From Amoebophrya sp. A120 (Eukaryota > Protista > Dinoflagellata), in assembly GCA_905178155.1 (NCBI GenBank), contig CAJINV010000055.1, positions 9,222-19,472 of the forward strand: DNA of 10,251 bases. Direction: 5' to 3'. Position 1 is the first letter of the stretch; every line of letters begins with the position of its first letter. Shown piece after piece: positions 1-7,999 of the stretch. The notes beneath the pieces are model-generated. The model saw only the letters and a program-made list of their open reading frames with translations, was not told the origin of the DNA and did not search any database. Both the position numbers and the translations under genes were made by a program.

Positions 1-174
1 GAGAGCGCTATTCCAGATGCCATCGCGGCCCGTCGTTCCGCTGAAATGCGTCGCTCTGAAGCCGCTTCGTTGGCAAATTTGGCTCGTCGGCGTGCCCAGG
101 CTAACAGCTCCTTGCAGTCAATGATCAGCATGGAGAAGATGAATGAGGCTACCGCGCGGGACTTGCTTGGTTAA
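1..174 (+). CDS. 3' end of an upstream gene (helical, Ala/Arg-rich C-terminus), product unknown
   Basis: Frame 1 is open from base 1 (ESAIPDAIAARRSAEMRRSEAASLANLARRRAQANSSLQSMISMEKMNEATARDLLG) to TAA at 172-174. Codon style matches the downstream genes and an AT-richer spacer follows. Confidence 0.8.
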   Translation, partial: ESAIPDAIAARRSAEMRRSEAASLANLARRRAQANSSLQSMISMEKMNEATARDLLG

Positions 175-490
175 GCCGTTCGGCCTCTAAGCACCTCGGG
201 TTCTCGTTTACTGGACCTAAATTTCTAAATGCTGAAATGAGTAAAGAAAGTTTGAAATAAAGACATTGCCTCAACTGGCGTTCCAGTGATTCGCTTCGCC
301 CAAAGCTGTTCTGTTGAAGAGCGTCCAGGAGAGCTATTTCGTCTACACTTTCATAATCCCTCGTTGCGGTCGTGAGAGTCTATCAAAAGTCAAACAGCTA
401 CGCGGCAAGGCTGGAAGCATCACTGTTACCTATTTCAAGAAAACATCCCACAGCAAGACCAACAGCTACTTTTTCTACAAAAATAAAATC

Positions 491-1147
491 ATGGCCAAGA
501 TTTTCGCAACAATCGGCCTTTGCGCCGCACTGGCGCAGGCTGGGAAGCCAGTGGTGGAGTTGAGCCTAGCGTCTCCGTCGGCTCCGTATCCCGCAGTGTC
601 TAGTGCTATTGCTGCAGCGGAATCCACCCGCCTGTCGGCTGAGCATGCGGCTTTGTCTGAGATCGACGCGGCGTACAAGTCGACGCTTGCGCAGGCCTCA
701 GTCGCCCTTGGCAATACCATTTCCAAGGCCCTGGGTCGTGCGTCCTTTGCCAACATTGCGGAGCCGGTCATCTCTGTTCGCGTTGAAGGTGCTGCCTCGG
801 ATGAATCCGCTGGAGTTGCCGGTGTCAAGGCCTTGGAAGGCAAGCGTGCGTCAGCTATGGGTGCCCTCGTGTCGTCGGCCAAGCAAGAGTTCGGCGAAGT
901 TGCCAAGGTTGTGATCGCGGAGTTTGACAAGCAATTGCGCGGGCACAAAAGCTTTTTGCGGTTTTCCCGGGAGATCAACGTGCGCGTCGGAGCGGATCCA
1001 TCGTACAAGACTGTTTCCGCCATGTTGGGCGACATGGAATCTCGTCGCGACTCGGGGGAGACTCGGCTGAGAGCGGCCATTCTATCCAAGGAAATGCAGT
1101 TGGTGAAGGCTTTGAATGCCATCGGCGCAGCTGCTTTGTCCCACTAA
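491..1147 (+). CDS. Secreted protein, 218 aa, resembling the apicomplexan '41-3 / blood-stage antigen 41-3' family; paralogue of 1459..2079
   Basis: ATG at 491 (aaaatcATG) begins the signal-peptide-like MAKIFATIGLCAALAQA; the ORF-track extension from 314 is AT-rich UTR. Three strand+helix repeats with E-x-x-R (ESTR, EGKR, ESRR) are separated by SFAN and KSFLR. The C-terminal INVRV...TV..M..DMESRRD..E.....IL..E.QL.KA.N pattern is recalled from 41-3-like proteins; the family label is unverified. Confidence 0.85.
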   Translation: MAKIFATIGLCAALAQAGKPVVELSLASPSAPYPAVSSAIAAAESTRLSAEHAALSEIDAAYKSTLAQASVALGNTISKALGRASFANIAEPVISVRVEGAASDESAGVAGVKALEGKRASAMGALVSSAKQEFGEVAKVVIAEFDKQLRGHKSFLRFSREINVRVGADPSYKTVSAMLGDMESRRDSGETRLRAAILSKEMQLVKALNAIGAAALSH

Positions 1148-1300
1148 ATGGCAGAGTTGCAACCTTATCCACAAAGACTAACCCACGCATTTGAAAGTTA
1201 GATGAAAGCTTTGGATCAATTCAGCGCTCCTACGTTGCTGCATCACGTCTGCGGCCAACTTGGTTATGGCACTTTGCCCTCGCGTTTCCGTGTTTCATTG

Positions 1301-1351
1301 TGAGCGGAGAGCCAAACCTGCAAAAAAAAGGTTCTGAGCGGAGAGACAAAC
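1301..1351. repeat. Short direct repeat TGAGCGGAGAG[C/A]CAAAC x2
   Basis: Copies at 1301-1317 and 1335-1351, identical at 16/17 positions. Confidence 0.75.
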
Positions 1352-1458
1352 AGCTCAAAGAGTCATTGCAAATCAAAAGCACACACTTCCGCTTCTTCAA
1401 CTCTTTTGTGATTTCTGTTTCGACCTAGAGCATCTTTTTTGTCAACAAATCTACAAAA

Positions 1459-2079
1459 ATGTACTCCAAGATCCTTGCTGCGTGCCTCGTTGGCAGCGTT
1501 GCTGCTGATAGTGAGCCGCTGATCCAAGTTGCCCTGGCGCCGCCAGTGGATGCGGGGAGTAGCTTCTCGTCCTATGGGAAGGCGGAATCCGCCATGGAAG
1601 CTTCTGGCGTGAGCAGTCTCCAGAAGGCCATGTCTTCCGCACTGGCATCCGCAAAGGCAGAGATTGACGCTGTGGTACACCACTCCTCCTTTCTGCAAGG
1701 CGCACCAGTTTTCATTCGCGTGATGAGTGGCCCGGAGTCGGGTGCTTCCGCTGGTCGCGTTGCGGCTTTTGAAAACGTGCGATCTGATCTGGAATCCAAG
1801 CGCATTGCGCAAGCCACCGCGGAGTTTGGCGCTCTGGCCAAGATTGTCATCGGGGAGTTGAAGAGCGCGCTGCATGGGAGTTTTCTGCAGAAAGGAGCGG
1901 GATCTATCGGCGTCAAGGTCAAGGCTTCTGACATTCCGTGGGCGTCCACCGTGGATCTGCTGCAGGCCACTGAATCCTCGCGCGACGCGTCGGAGGTTGC
2001 TCTGCAGGGCAAAATCTTGGACATGCAGATCCAGTTCGTCAAGGCGTTGAACGGGATGATCGCCTCTGCATTGGGCTAA
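1459..2079 (+). CDS. Secreted protein, 206 aa, 41-3-like paralogue of 491..1147
   Basis: caaaaATG start and signal-like MYSKILAACLVGSVAA. Collinear with the previous gene: EPLIQVALAPP/KPVVELSLASP, AEFGALAKIVIGEL/QEFGEVAKVVIAEF, ESSRDASE/ESRRDSGE, QFVKALNGM/QLVKALNAI. Contains two SFLQ motifs. Confidence 0.88.
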   Translation: MYSKILAACLVGSVAADSEPLIQVALAPPVDAGSSFSSYGKAESAMEASGVSSLQKAMSSALASAKAEIDAVVHHSSFLQGAPVFIRVMSGPESGASAGRVAAFENVRSDLESKRIAQATAEFGALAKIVIGELKSALHGSFLQKGAGSIGVKVKASDIPWASTVDLLQATESSRDASEVALQGKILDMQIQFVKALNGMIASALG

Positions 2080-2460
2080 ATTCCGTCTCTATGTCCCAAC
2101 AGCATTTGTGCTGACAATTCTGCTGAATGTTGCGCGTTAAATGAAAAGTGCAGGCCGCGATGATATTTGTGAATCTGCAGTGGCAGCTGGGCCACTTTTC
2201 CTCGTGCACAGGATCCAAGCACAAATGTTGTGTTCAACATGAGTTCGTGCTCTTCAAACTGCGTTCCCTGAGACCGTCGCAAATACCAAGGCAAGATTCT
2301 CAGGTAGGCTGATGTCAGAGGATTGAGTGACTGTCCAGAACGCTGCAAAATTTTTTTCGTGGAATTCGCCTCACAAACTGCAACCGTTTCTGCACAAAGT
2401 ATTGTGAATTTAGGATTCATTTTTTTGTTACTCCGTTTCTCACGGATCAAGAAATATAAA

Positions 2461-2790
2461 ATGTTTCGTCTTGCTCTCATCTTCACTGCCCTTTTTGGAG
2501 CTTTTGTCTCCGCCCAGCGTGAGAGCGACCTGTCTGACATTTCCGCAGCCGCCAAGGCGTACAAATCGGCGGGGCTAGCTTATCAGGCTGCTGCAGCATC
2601 CACAGGAGCCGCGTCGGCGGCTGCCACGGGAGGATCTGTCGTCGACTACACAACCGGCCAATCCGTCTCTTTTCTGCGCAAAGGAGCAATGCTACGCGGT
2701 TTGGTTTCGCGCATCATGGGAGCTTCCGGTGGTTATCTGCCGGAGCGCAAGACGCAGTCTCCCATTGTTCAGCTGCACTTGCACGCCTGA
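2461..2790 (+). CDS. Small secreted protein, 109 aa, unknown function, with an SFLRK motif
   Basis: ataaaATG at 2461, signal-like MFRLALIFTALFGAFVSA, Ala-rich helix, GGSVVDYTTGQSVSFLRKG and a C-terminal strand SPIVQLHLHA. TGA at 2788-2790. Confidence 0.82.
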   Translation: MFRLALIFTALFGAFVSAQRESDLSDISAAAKAYKSAGLAYQAAAASTGAASAAATGGSVVDYTTGQSVSFLRKGAMLRGLVSRIMGASGGYLPERKTQSPIVQLHLHA

Positions 2791-3171
2791 GTTTTCAGGG
2801 TTGGGCTTTTGAAAGACGCCGTCTCAGCTTCTTAACAATTGTCTTGATTTTCAGTTTGGAGTTGTCAAATTCTTAACACTGCTATGATTATCAGGTGCGC
2901 CACAGTTGCTACCCGACCGCAGTTGCAATTGCAGCGTTCGTAGCTGCTTGCTGTTCCAACAATTTGCTGTCTGGTAAGAATCATATGGCGCGCACTGAGT
3001 GAAAAAAAATGCAAGATTCGTGATGAGTGAAGTCGTGTTGGCGCTCATGGTTGCCAGCGCTCCGGAGTGAAAACAAAAGTCTCTTTGCACACACCCAAAA
3101 CGACAACCTCCTAAATCAACACGCCTCCATTTGATAGAGTCGCGTTGTTTTTCACTCCACTTTAAGAAACC

Positions 3172-3639
3172 ATGTTCGGTGTTGCTGTGTTCTCCGCTCT
3201 GGTCGCCGCTGTGTCGGCTGATCCAATCTTCCCCGGCTCTGCCTCTGCTGCCGCCAGCACGTTGGCCGGAATCATGTCCTCGGGAAGCTCCAGTACTGCC
3301 TACAAGCAGTCCGTTGGGAATGCGTCTGCCAATGAAGCTGCCGCTATTGCCGCGGGAACTGCTGCACTCACGGAGGAAGTGTCTTCCGCAATGGCTCTGG
3401 AAAGTTTGAAGAAGGACGCTTACGTCGCAGCCCACATCGCAGTCAGGAAGCAGTTGTACGCGGGCGGGTGCCCAATGAACATGTCCGGTTGCCCCATCGG
3501 ATTTACTGCGTCTGGTGGAACCTGCTACCCCACCGCCTCTTACACGGGATACTGCGGCCCGCAGTCGTTCTCTGGCATGAGCGACGCACAGAAGACGGAC
3601 TTCGCCTGGAAGTGCGGAGCTAGCTTCCCGTGCGCGTAG
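3172..3639 (+). CDS. Secreted CPW-WPC-domain protein (single C-terminal domain), 155 aa
   Basis: Signal-like MFGVAVFSALVAAVSA. The C-terminus (3469-3633) CPMNMSGCPIGF-x6-C-x5-YTGYC...F..MS..QK..FA.KC..SFPC matches the six-Cys CPW-WPC pattern of apicomplexans and relatives, with F in place of both W residues. Confidence 0.88.
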   Translation: MFGVAVFSALVAAVSADPIFPGSASAAASTLAGIMSSGSSSTAYKQSVGNASANEAAAIAAGTAALTEEVSSAMALESLKKDAYVAAHIAVRKQLYAGGCPMNMSGCPIGFTASGGTCYPTASYTGYCGPQSFSGMSDAQKTDFAWKCGASFPCA

Positions 3640-4125
3640 GGAGCTGGAGTTTTTGTCTCTAGGCAAAGATCTGACTTTTAGTTGCTCAAGCATTCTCCTG
3701 CCCAAATATACAAGAAAATCAGATTTGAAATTATGAGAAAGAAACTGGAAGCCCTTATCGCCGCTCAAGCAGCCTCCTCCTGCAAAATTGCTCAGATGTT
3801 CGTTTCGCAAAAGCAACTGACTCGTTGGCAAATTCGCCAGAAAACGTTCCTGCTCGGTGAGCGCAGCTGGATGAAAAAAGTGAAAAGTGAAGCAAGATAT
3901 CTCCGTATGCGTGAGCAAGTGGATGAATTTGGATCTAATTGTATTTCCCTCGGCGTCATTCTCAAATCGCAAGAGAGAAATTTGAGTTGCTTCGTTCGCT
4001 ACTAATCGTTGGTACGCTTTCTGATGTCGCTCTGACATATCTCAAAGGCTCTTTTTGTACTTATTGCAGAATCAAACTTTTTTCTCTTGTGGCAGACTCT
4101 GACACACCCGTCTTTTACATTGACA

Positions 4126-4700
4126 ATGCGGTTCACTGTTTTTGCATCGTGCGCGACGCTCGTCGCTGGCTTCACGGCGTTTAACTCGCCGACGGCCCCC
4201 GGAAATTACGGCCTCCCGGCTGAAAAAGCAGAATTCACTGGTGAAATTGCCCACAGCCTGCCAGAAGTGAACGTCCGGTACCACTTCCCGGCCTTTGACG
4301 CGGCTTCGGCCATGTCGTCCATGGAAAGCGGCTTGGCGTTGGACAATCGTATCGCTGCGGCGGCTCAGGAGTTGCGTTCTGATAAAGTATAATACTCTTT
4401 CTTTGTGAATCTGCATCTTCTCGTCGCTCGTTTGTTCACACATTTTCCTGCTCGGGAAAAATAACATACTTAATCTGTACTCAAAAACACCTGCAGGCCC
4501 TTCTGGCGGCGCTCACTCCCTCCAGTTTTCTGCGCAAAGGCGATGCGATTCTGGGCGCCATGGGAAGTCTCCCGGTCCCGCCGCAGCCGGACACCACGGG
4601 CTTGGCTGCCTTCCGGGAAATGATGTTGGGTATGGAGCATGCCCCCCGGCCGCACCCGACCTACGCCTCGGCGGCTGCGTCCTGTCCGGGAGGATGCTGA
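4126..4700 (+). CDS. Two-exon secreted protein (exons 4126-4386 and 4497-4700; 154 aa), unknown function
   Basis: gacaATG at 4126 and signal-like MRFTVFASCATLVAG. Removing a phase-0 GT-AG intron joins ...ELRSDK to ALLAALTPSSFLRKGDAILGAMGSLPVPPQPDTTGLAAFREMMLGMEHAPRPHPTYASAAASCPGGC*. Exon 2 restores the cluster's SFLRK motif and GC-rich codon usage. Confidence 0.8.
4387..4496 (+). other. Canonical spliceosomal intron, 110 nt, phase 0
   Basis: AAA|GTATAA donor, pyrimidine-rich interior, branch-like CTTAAT at 4469-4474 and CTGCAG|GCC acceptor. The joint is in frame. Confidence 0.8.
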
Positions 4701-4833
4701 ACTGATGATCCAAGAGCAACGCGGACTTGTGCGTGAATATCAGTGCAAATGATTGAATCAGAGTTTTCTGACGGACCGCGACAAAAGGTCTGAGATCCAC
4801 TCCTTTGAGTGTCGTTTTGTTCAAACGTTACAA

Positions 4834-4872
4834 AATGAGCGCAAATCGTTGCCCCAAATAATGAGCGCAAAT
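4834..4872. repeat. Short direct repeat AATGAGCGCAAAT x2
   Basis: Exact 13-nt copies at 4834-4846 and 4860-4872. Confidence 0.75.
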
Positions 4873-4985
4873 GCAAAAGGCCTACCAAACTTCGCGAGCT
4901 CCCAGATGTGGTCTGCAATGCTTATTTGAAGCGTGTGATCCTTGTAGTGAATCTTTTTCTTTGTTTTGTTAGTCACAGAAACAAG

Positions 4986-6104
4986 ATGTTTCGTGTGCTT
5001 GCAGCGACTTCCCTGTGCGCTCATGGTGCGCGGATGTTCCCTGACCCGCTGGAAATGGTGCCGCCGGGTGTGGCATCGGGCATTGCGGGTAAGGCCGCCG
5101 ACGCGACTCCTTACACTTTGAACCTGATGCCCCCCTCCATGCCATCTGCCGAGGCAAACGCTGACATTGATGCGCTGATGGCTGTTGAGAAGGCCCATGA
5201 AAAGGGTCTGGAAGCGGCGGGGCTAGCGGACAAGCAACGTCTTCTGAACGCAGAGATTGCCAAGGTTCACAGCATCGTTGGCGCGCATCACTCGTTTCTC
5301 CAGGGTTATTCGTCGCTCGCTCCAGCTGCGGATCATGAATTCGTGTTGCACGCTCCTGCTGAAGACAAGGCGTCGGTTGACGCTGCCGTCTCGTCTATTT
5401 TCAAAACTGAATCTGCAAAGTCGTCGGCCGAAGCTGCCGCGGACGCATCCCTCAAGCAGGCTATGCTCTCTGCAGAGATCGCGAAGATCGGCCGGATCGT
5501 GCGCGGCAAGTCCAGCTTTCTGGAGCCTTTCGTGCCGCCAGTTGCCATTCAGTCCACCATGCAGGCCTCGCTCCCGTCTGTGATCGACATCCACTATGAC
5601 GTGCCACATGCAGGGTTCACCCAGGAGTTGGCCGCGTTGAAAGCCGCGTCCTTTCTGCAAAAGGGCAAGACTGACGTGTACTTTGAAGCAGGTGCCCCGG
5701 CCTCGGTCCTGGAAAGTGAGTACCAATCCATCAAGACGTCGCTCGAGCAGAGCATTGAAAAATCCTTCCAAGCCATTCGCTCCGCTGCTTTGGGCGCGTC
5801 CTTCTTGAAGGCCTCTCCTTCCCGTGAGCCGACTGTGCACGTGATGGTTGACTCCGCTTCAAAGGGCAAGAAGGTAGATATGGCACGCCTGACGGCTGAC
5901 GGATTTGCGTACGCGGCCAAGCGCCTCGCTAGCTTGGAAGCTGAAATGTCCCACAGCTCCTTCCTGAGTGGTGATGATGTGCCGCGCTCCGCTCCGGTGC
6001 TGAACGTGGACATTGAGACTCCGACCTTCGTCTCCGGTGCAGATATCGCAGCTGTCAAGGGTGAGATGCAGGCCATTTCCAGCTTGCAGTCACAGCTGCG
6101 CTAA
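4986..6104 (+). CDS. Secreted multi-module (polyprotein-like) protein, 372 aa, with five SFL motifs
   Basis: caagATG at 4986 and signal-like MFRVLAATSLCAHG. Motifs HSFLQ, SSFLE, ASFLQ, ASFLK and SSFLS divide it into six segments. The first two segments are clear repeats (KQRLLNAEIAKVHSIV / KQAMLSAEIAKIGRIV). Confidence 0.88.
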   Translation: MFRVLAATSLCAHGARMFPDPLEMVPPGVASGIAGKAADATPYTLNLMPPSMPSAEANADIDALMAVEKAHEKGLEAAGLADKQRLLNAEIAKVHSIVGAHHSFLQGYSSLAPAADHEFVLHAPAEDKASVDAAVSSIFKTESAKSSAEAAADASLKQAMLSAEIAKIGRIVRGKSSFLEPFVPPVAIQSTMQASLPSVIDIHYDVPHAGFTQELAALKAASFLQKGKTDVYFEAGAPASVLESEYQSIKTSLEQSIEKSFQAIRSAALGASFLKASPSREPTVHVMVDSASKGKKVDMARLTADGFAYAAKRLASLEAEMSHSSFLSGDDVPRSAPVLNVDIETPTFVSGADIAAVKGEMQAISSLQSQLR

Positions 6105-6445
6105 ATCTCTCCTTGGCGCCCGGAGCCGCTCGAGCGGACCTTCCTACATTTGACTGATGAAAAACGCGTCTATGTTTCGCTTTTGAAATCTCAACTCTGC
6201 TTCGTGAGTTCTTCATGCGCTCCATCAAAATAGTTTCTTCTTCTGTGTTCTATATGAGTCGTCATCACCCCAATCGCTGAGTGATGAGAAACAAATGTGG
6301 TAAGCAAATTTATAGTCCTCGTCATATGCTGTTTCGCGGAGAGATTGGAATCTAAACGGCCACCTGGATTATTTTTCTCCTCATTGTGTCCATGACCAAC
6401 AAAATTTAGAACCAAGAAATCTAGTTTACCTTTTAGTCGAGCAAC

Positions 6446-7003
6446 ATGCGCGTTGTTTTCTGCCTTTTTGGAGCCGCCTCCGCCCTCAAAGTGAGGGACA
6501 GCGCGTCGGCAGCGTCGGGGCTTATCGGCTCGCTGTCTGGAGGAGGTGCAGCTGGATTGACTGCTGCCACCATGCCGTCGGATGCGAAGTTGGGAGGGGT
6601 GACCGGAGATTTACTCGCGGGCGCTGAAGCGTTTGCTGCTGCCGCTCCGTCATCGCCGGAGGAGAAGCAGCTCACAGCAGCGGTGAAAGCCGCAATGGGG
6701 TCGTCGCCCACGACCGTCGGCAAGTTTACTTTGCCTTACTCCACGGGTGCTGCGAGCTTTCTGAAGCTGACCGGACTGTCCAGCGGTGATTTGTCCACAA
6801 TTGCCCAACAGGTTGCGGCGGCCGCGACTAAGCTCTCTGGACTCACTGGACCGACCGCTACCTGCCCGTCTGGATGGGTGGAGACCGCGGGAACGTGCAA
6901 TCCTACCGGAAGCTACTCGGGTTTCTGCACCAGAGGCCTGCCGTCTGACCTGAGCGTCGCGGAGAAGCAAGAAGCGCAGATCTTCTGCGATGTCGCGTAC
7001 TAA
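6446..7003 (+). CDS. Secreted protein, 185 aa, with a degenerate C-terminal CPW-WPC domain
   Basis: caacATG start, signal-like MRVVFCLFGAASA and an ASFLK motif. 6863-7000 encodes CPSGW-x6-C-x5-YSGFC...LSVAEKQE....C.V.Y, which aligns to the domain of 3172..3639 but lacks the first and last Cys. Confidence 0.85.
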   Translation: MRVVFCLFGAASALKVRDSASAASGLIGSLSGGGAAGLTAATMPSDAKLGGVTGDLLAGAEAFAAAAPSSPEEKQLTAAVKAAMGSSPTTVGKFTLPYSTGAASFLKLTGLSSGDLSTIAQQVAAAATKLSGLTGPTATCPSGWVETAGTCNPTGSYSGFCTRGLPSDLSVAEKQEAQIFCDVAY

Positions 7004-7264
7004 GCAGCAACCTGTGTCGCCTGATTACCGCAGCTAAGCGTGACTCTTCTAGTGTAATCGTTTCTAAGTTGGAATAGAGAACCCCACTCCTCAGATTCTT
7101 CGCTGGGCTGTGTAGCCTCAATCATTCTCATCATTCTGTTCGTTCGACGCTGCCTTGAGAGACAGGCTAGGACTCGGATACGTCCAGAGCGGAGTGAATG
7201 CTGTGCACTCAAACCTGATGCCAAAGCTGCCGTCGCCTAACGTTTTACTACAACACTGTCTGCT

Positions 7265-7300
7265 TGACTAACATTGCACGGTCTCCTCTCAACCTTGTAG
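7265..7300 (+). promoter_or_regulatory. Putative 3' splice acceptor upstream of a CDS (SL trans-splice site or end of a 5'UTR intron)
   Basis: Branch-like TGACTAAC at 7265-7272, pyrimidine tract TCTCCTCTC and CCTTGTAG ending at 7300, 46 nt before the ATG at 7347. Confidence 0.45.
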
Positions 7301-7346
7301 CACTTTTTTTGAATAGAGAACCTGAAACTAGAACTTCTTGCGAAGA

Positions 7347-7733
7347 ATGCTGCGTACACTCTTTATCGCGGTTGCGGCTTTTTTTGCCTGCTGCACTGCA
7401 GAGTCAATCAAAGTTGCTGGCCCGGGACACCTGACAGCAAGCGCCAAAGACATTGCTGCATTGGAGGCTCGCATTCAGGCGTTCATGCACTCCCAAGTCA
7501 TGGGCAAAACTTCCTTCCTTAAAACTGGGGCTGCTGCGTGGGCCGGATCTCCAGGCATGGTCAAGGAGGCTTTGTTTTTGACGCAGCCAATGCGGACCGA
7601 CTCTCCGGCGAAGGTCAACATCGTGGAGAAACGCCCTGAGTTTACTGCGTCGGCTTCCTCCGTCGCTGACTCTAGCCAAGCTGCTTATGATATGCAAGCC
7701 TTTTCTGCGGGTCTCGCTAGCTTGCGCGTGTAA
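7347..7733 (+). CDS. Small secreted protein, 128 aa, unknown function, with a TSFLK motif
   Basis: agaATG at 7347, signal-like MLRTLFIAVAAFFACCTA, helix DIAALEARIQAFM, TSFLK and strand PAKVNIV. TAA at 7731-7733. Confidence 0.83.
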   Translation: MLRTLFIAVAAFFACCTAESIKVAGPGHLTASAKDIAALEARIQAFMHSQVMGKTSFLKTGAAAWAGSPGMVKEALFLTQPMRTDSPAKVNIVEKRPEFTASASSVADSSQAAYDMQAFSAGLASLRV

Positions 7734-7999
7734 GCAGTGGCACTCCAACAATGTAAACAAGTGACAATAACAGTCTCCTGATAAAAGTTAGTAACTAACC
7801 TACACAGAGACCCAAACTGGTCCTTCATGCCTTATGTCGTCATGATGTGTTCGTCTGGGCGCGACCGCACCAAAATGGCTTTTGCTCTTCCGGTCTTTTG
7901 TCAAAATCAAATGGCCAAACCCTCCAAGTCAATCATTGAGTCTTTCCAACGCATTCGTCTCCCAAATAGTGCGTTTTTTTTCCAAACTGAGACACTAAG

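Noticed and set aside
314-490. N-terminal extensions from GTG/TTG starts in the ORF track (314, 2323, 4087, 4908, 7338, 9139)
   Set aside because: The locus is eukaryotic. Downstream ATGs with A at -3 directly precede signal peptides, and the extensions translate AT-rich UTR.
3682-4005. 107-aa plus-strand ORF in the longest spacer
   Set aside because: It has a TTG start, AT-rich codons unlike its neighbours, no signal peptide, no SFL motif and no recognisable domain. A small gene cannot be fully excluded without RNA data.
2851-4038. 395-aa minus-strand ORF
   Set aside because: It lies antisense to the CPW-WPC gene and runs through two spacers. The translation is Arg/Ser/Gly-rich with no domain or coherent composition, so it is treated as a shadow ORF.
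6997-7300. Possible intron starting GTACTAA at 6997 that could complete the CPW-WPC domain
   Set aside because: No downstream AG gives an in-frame W/F-P-C exon before the next gene.
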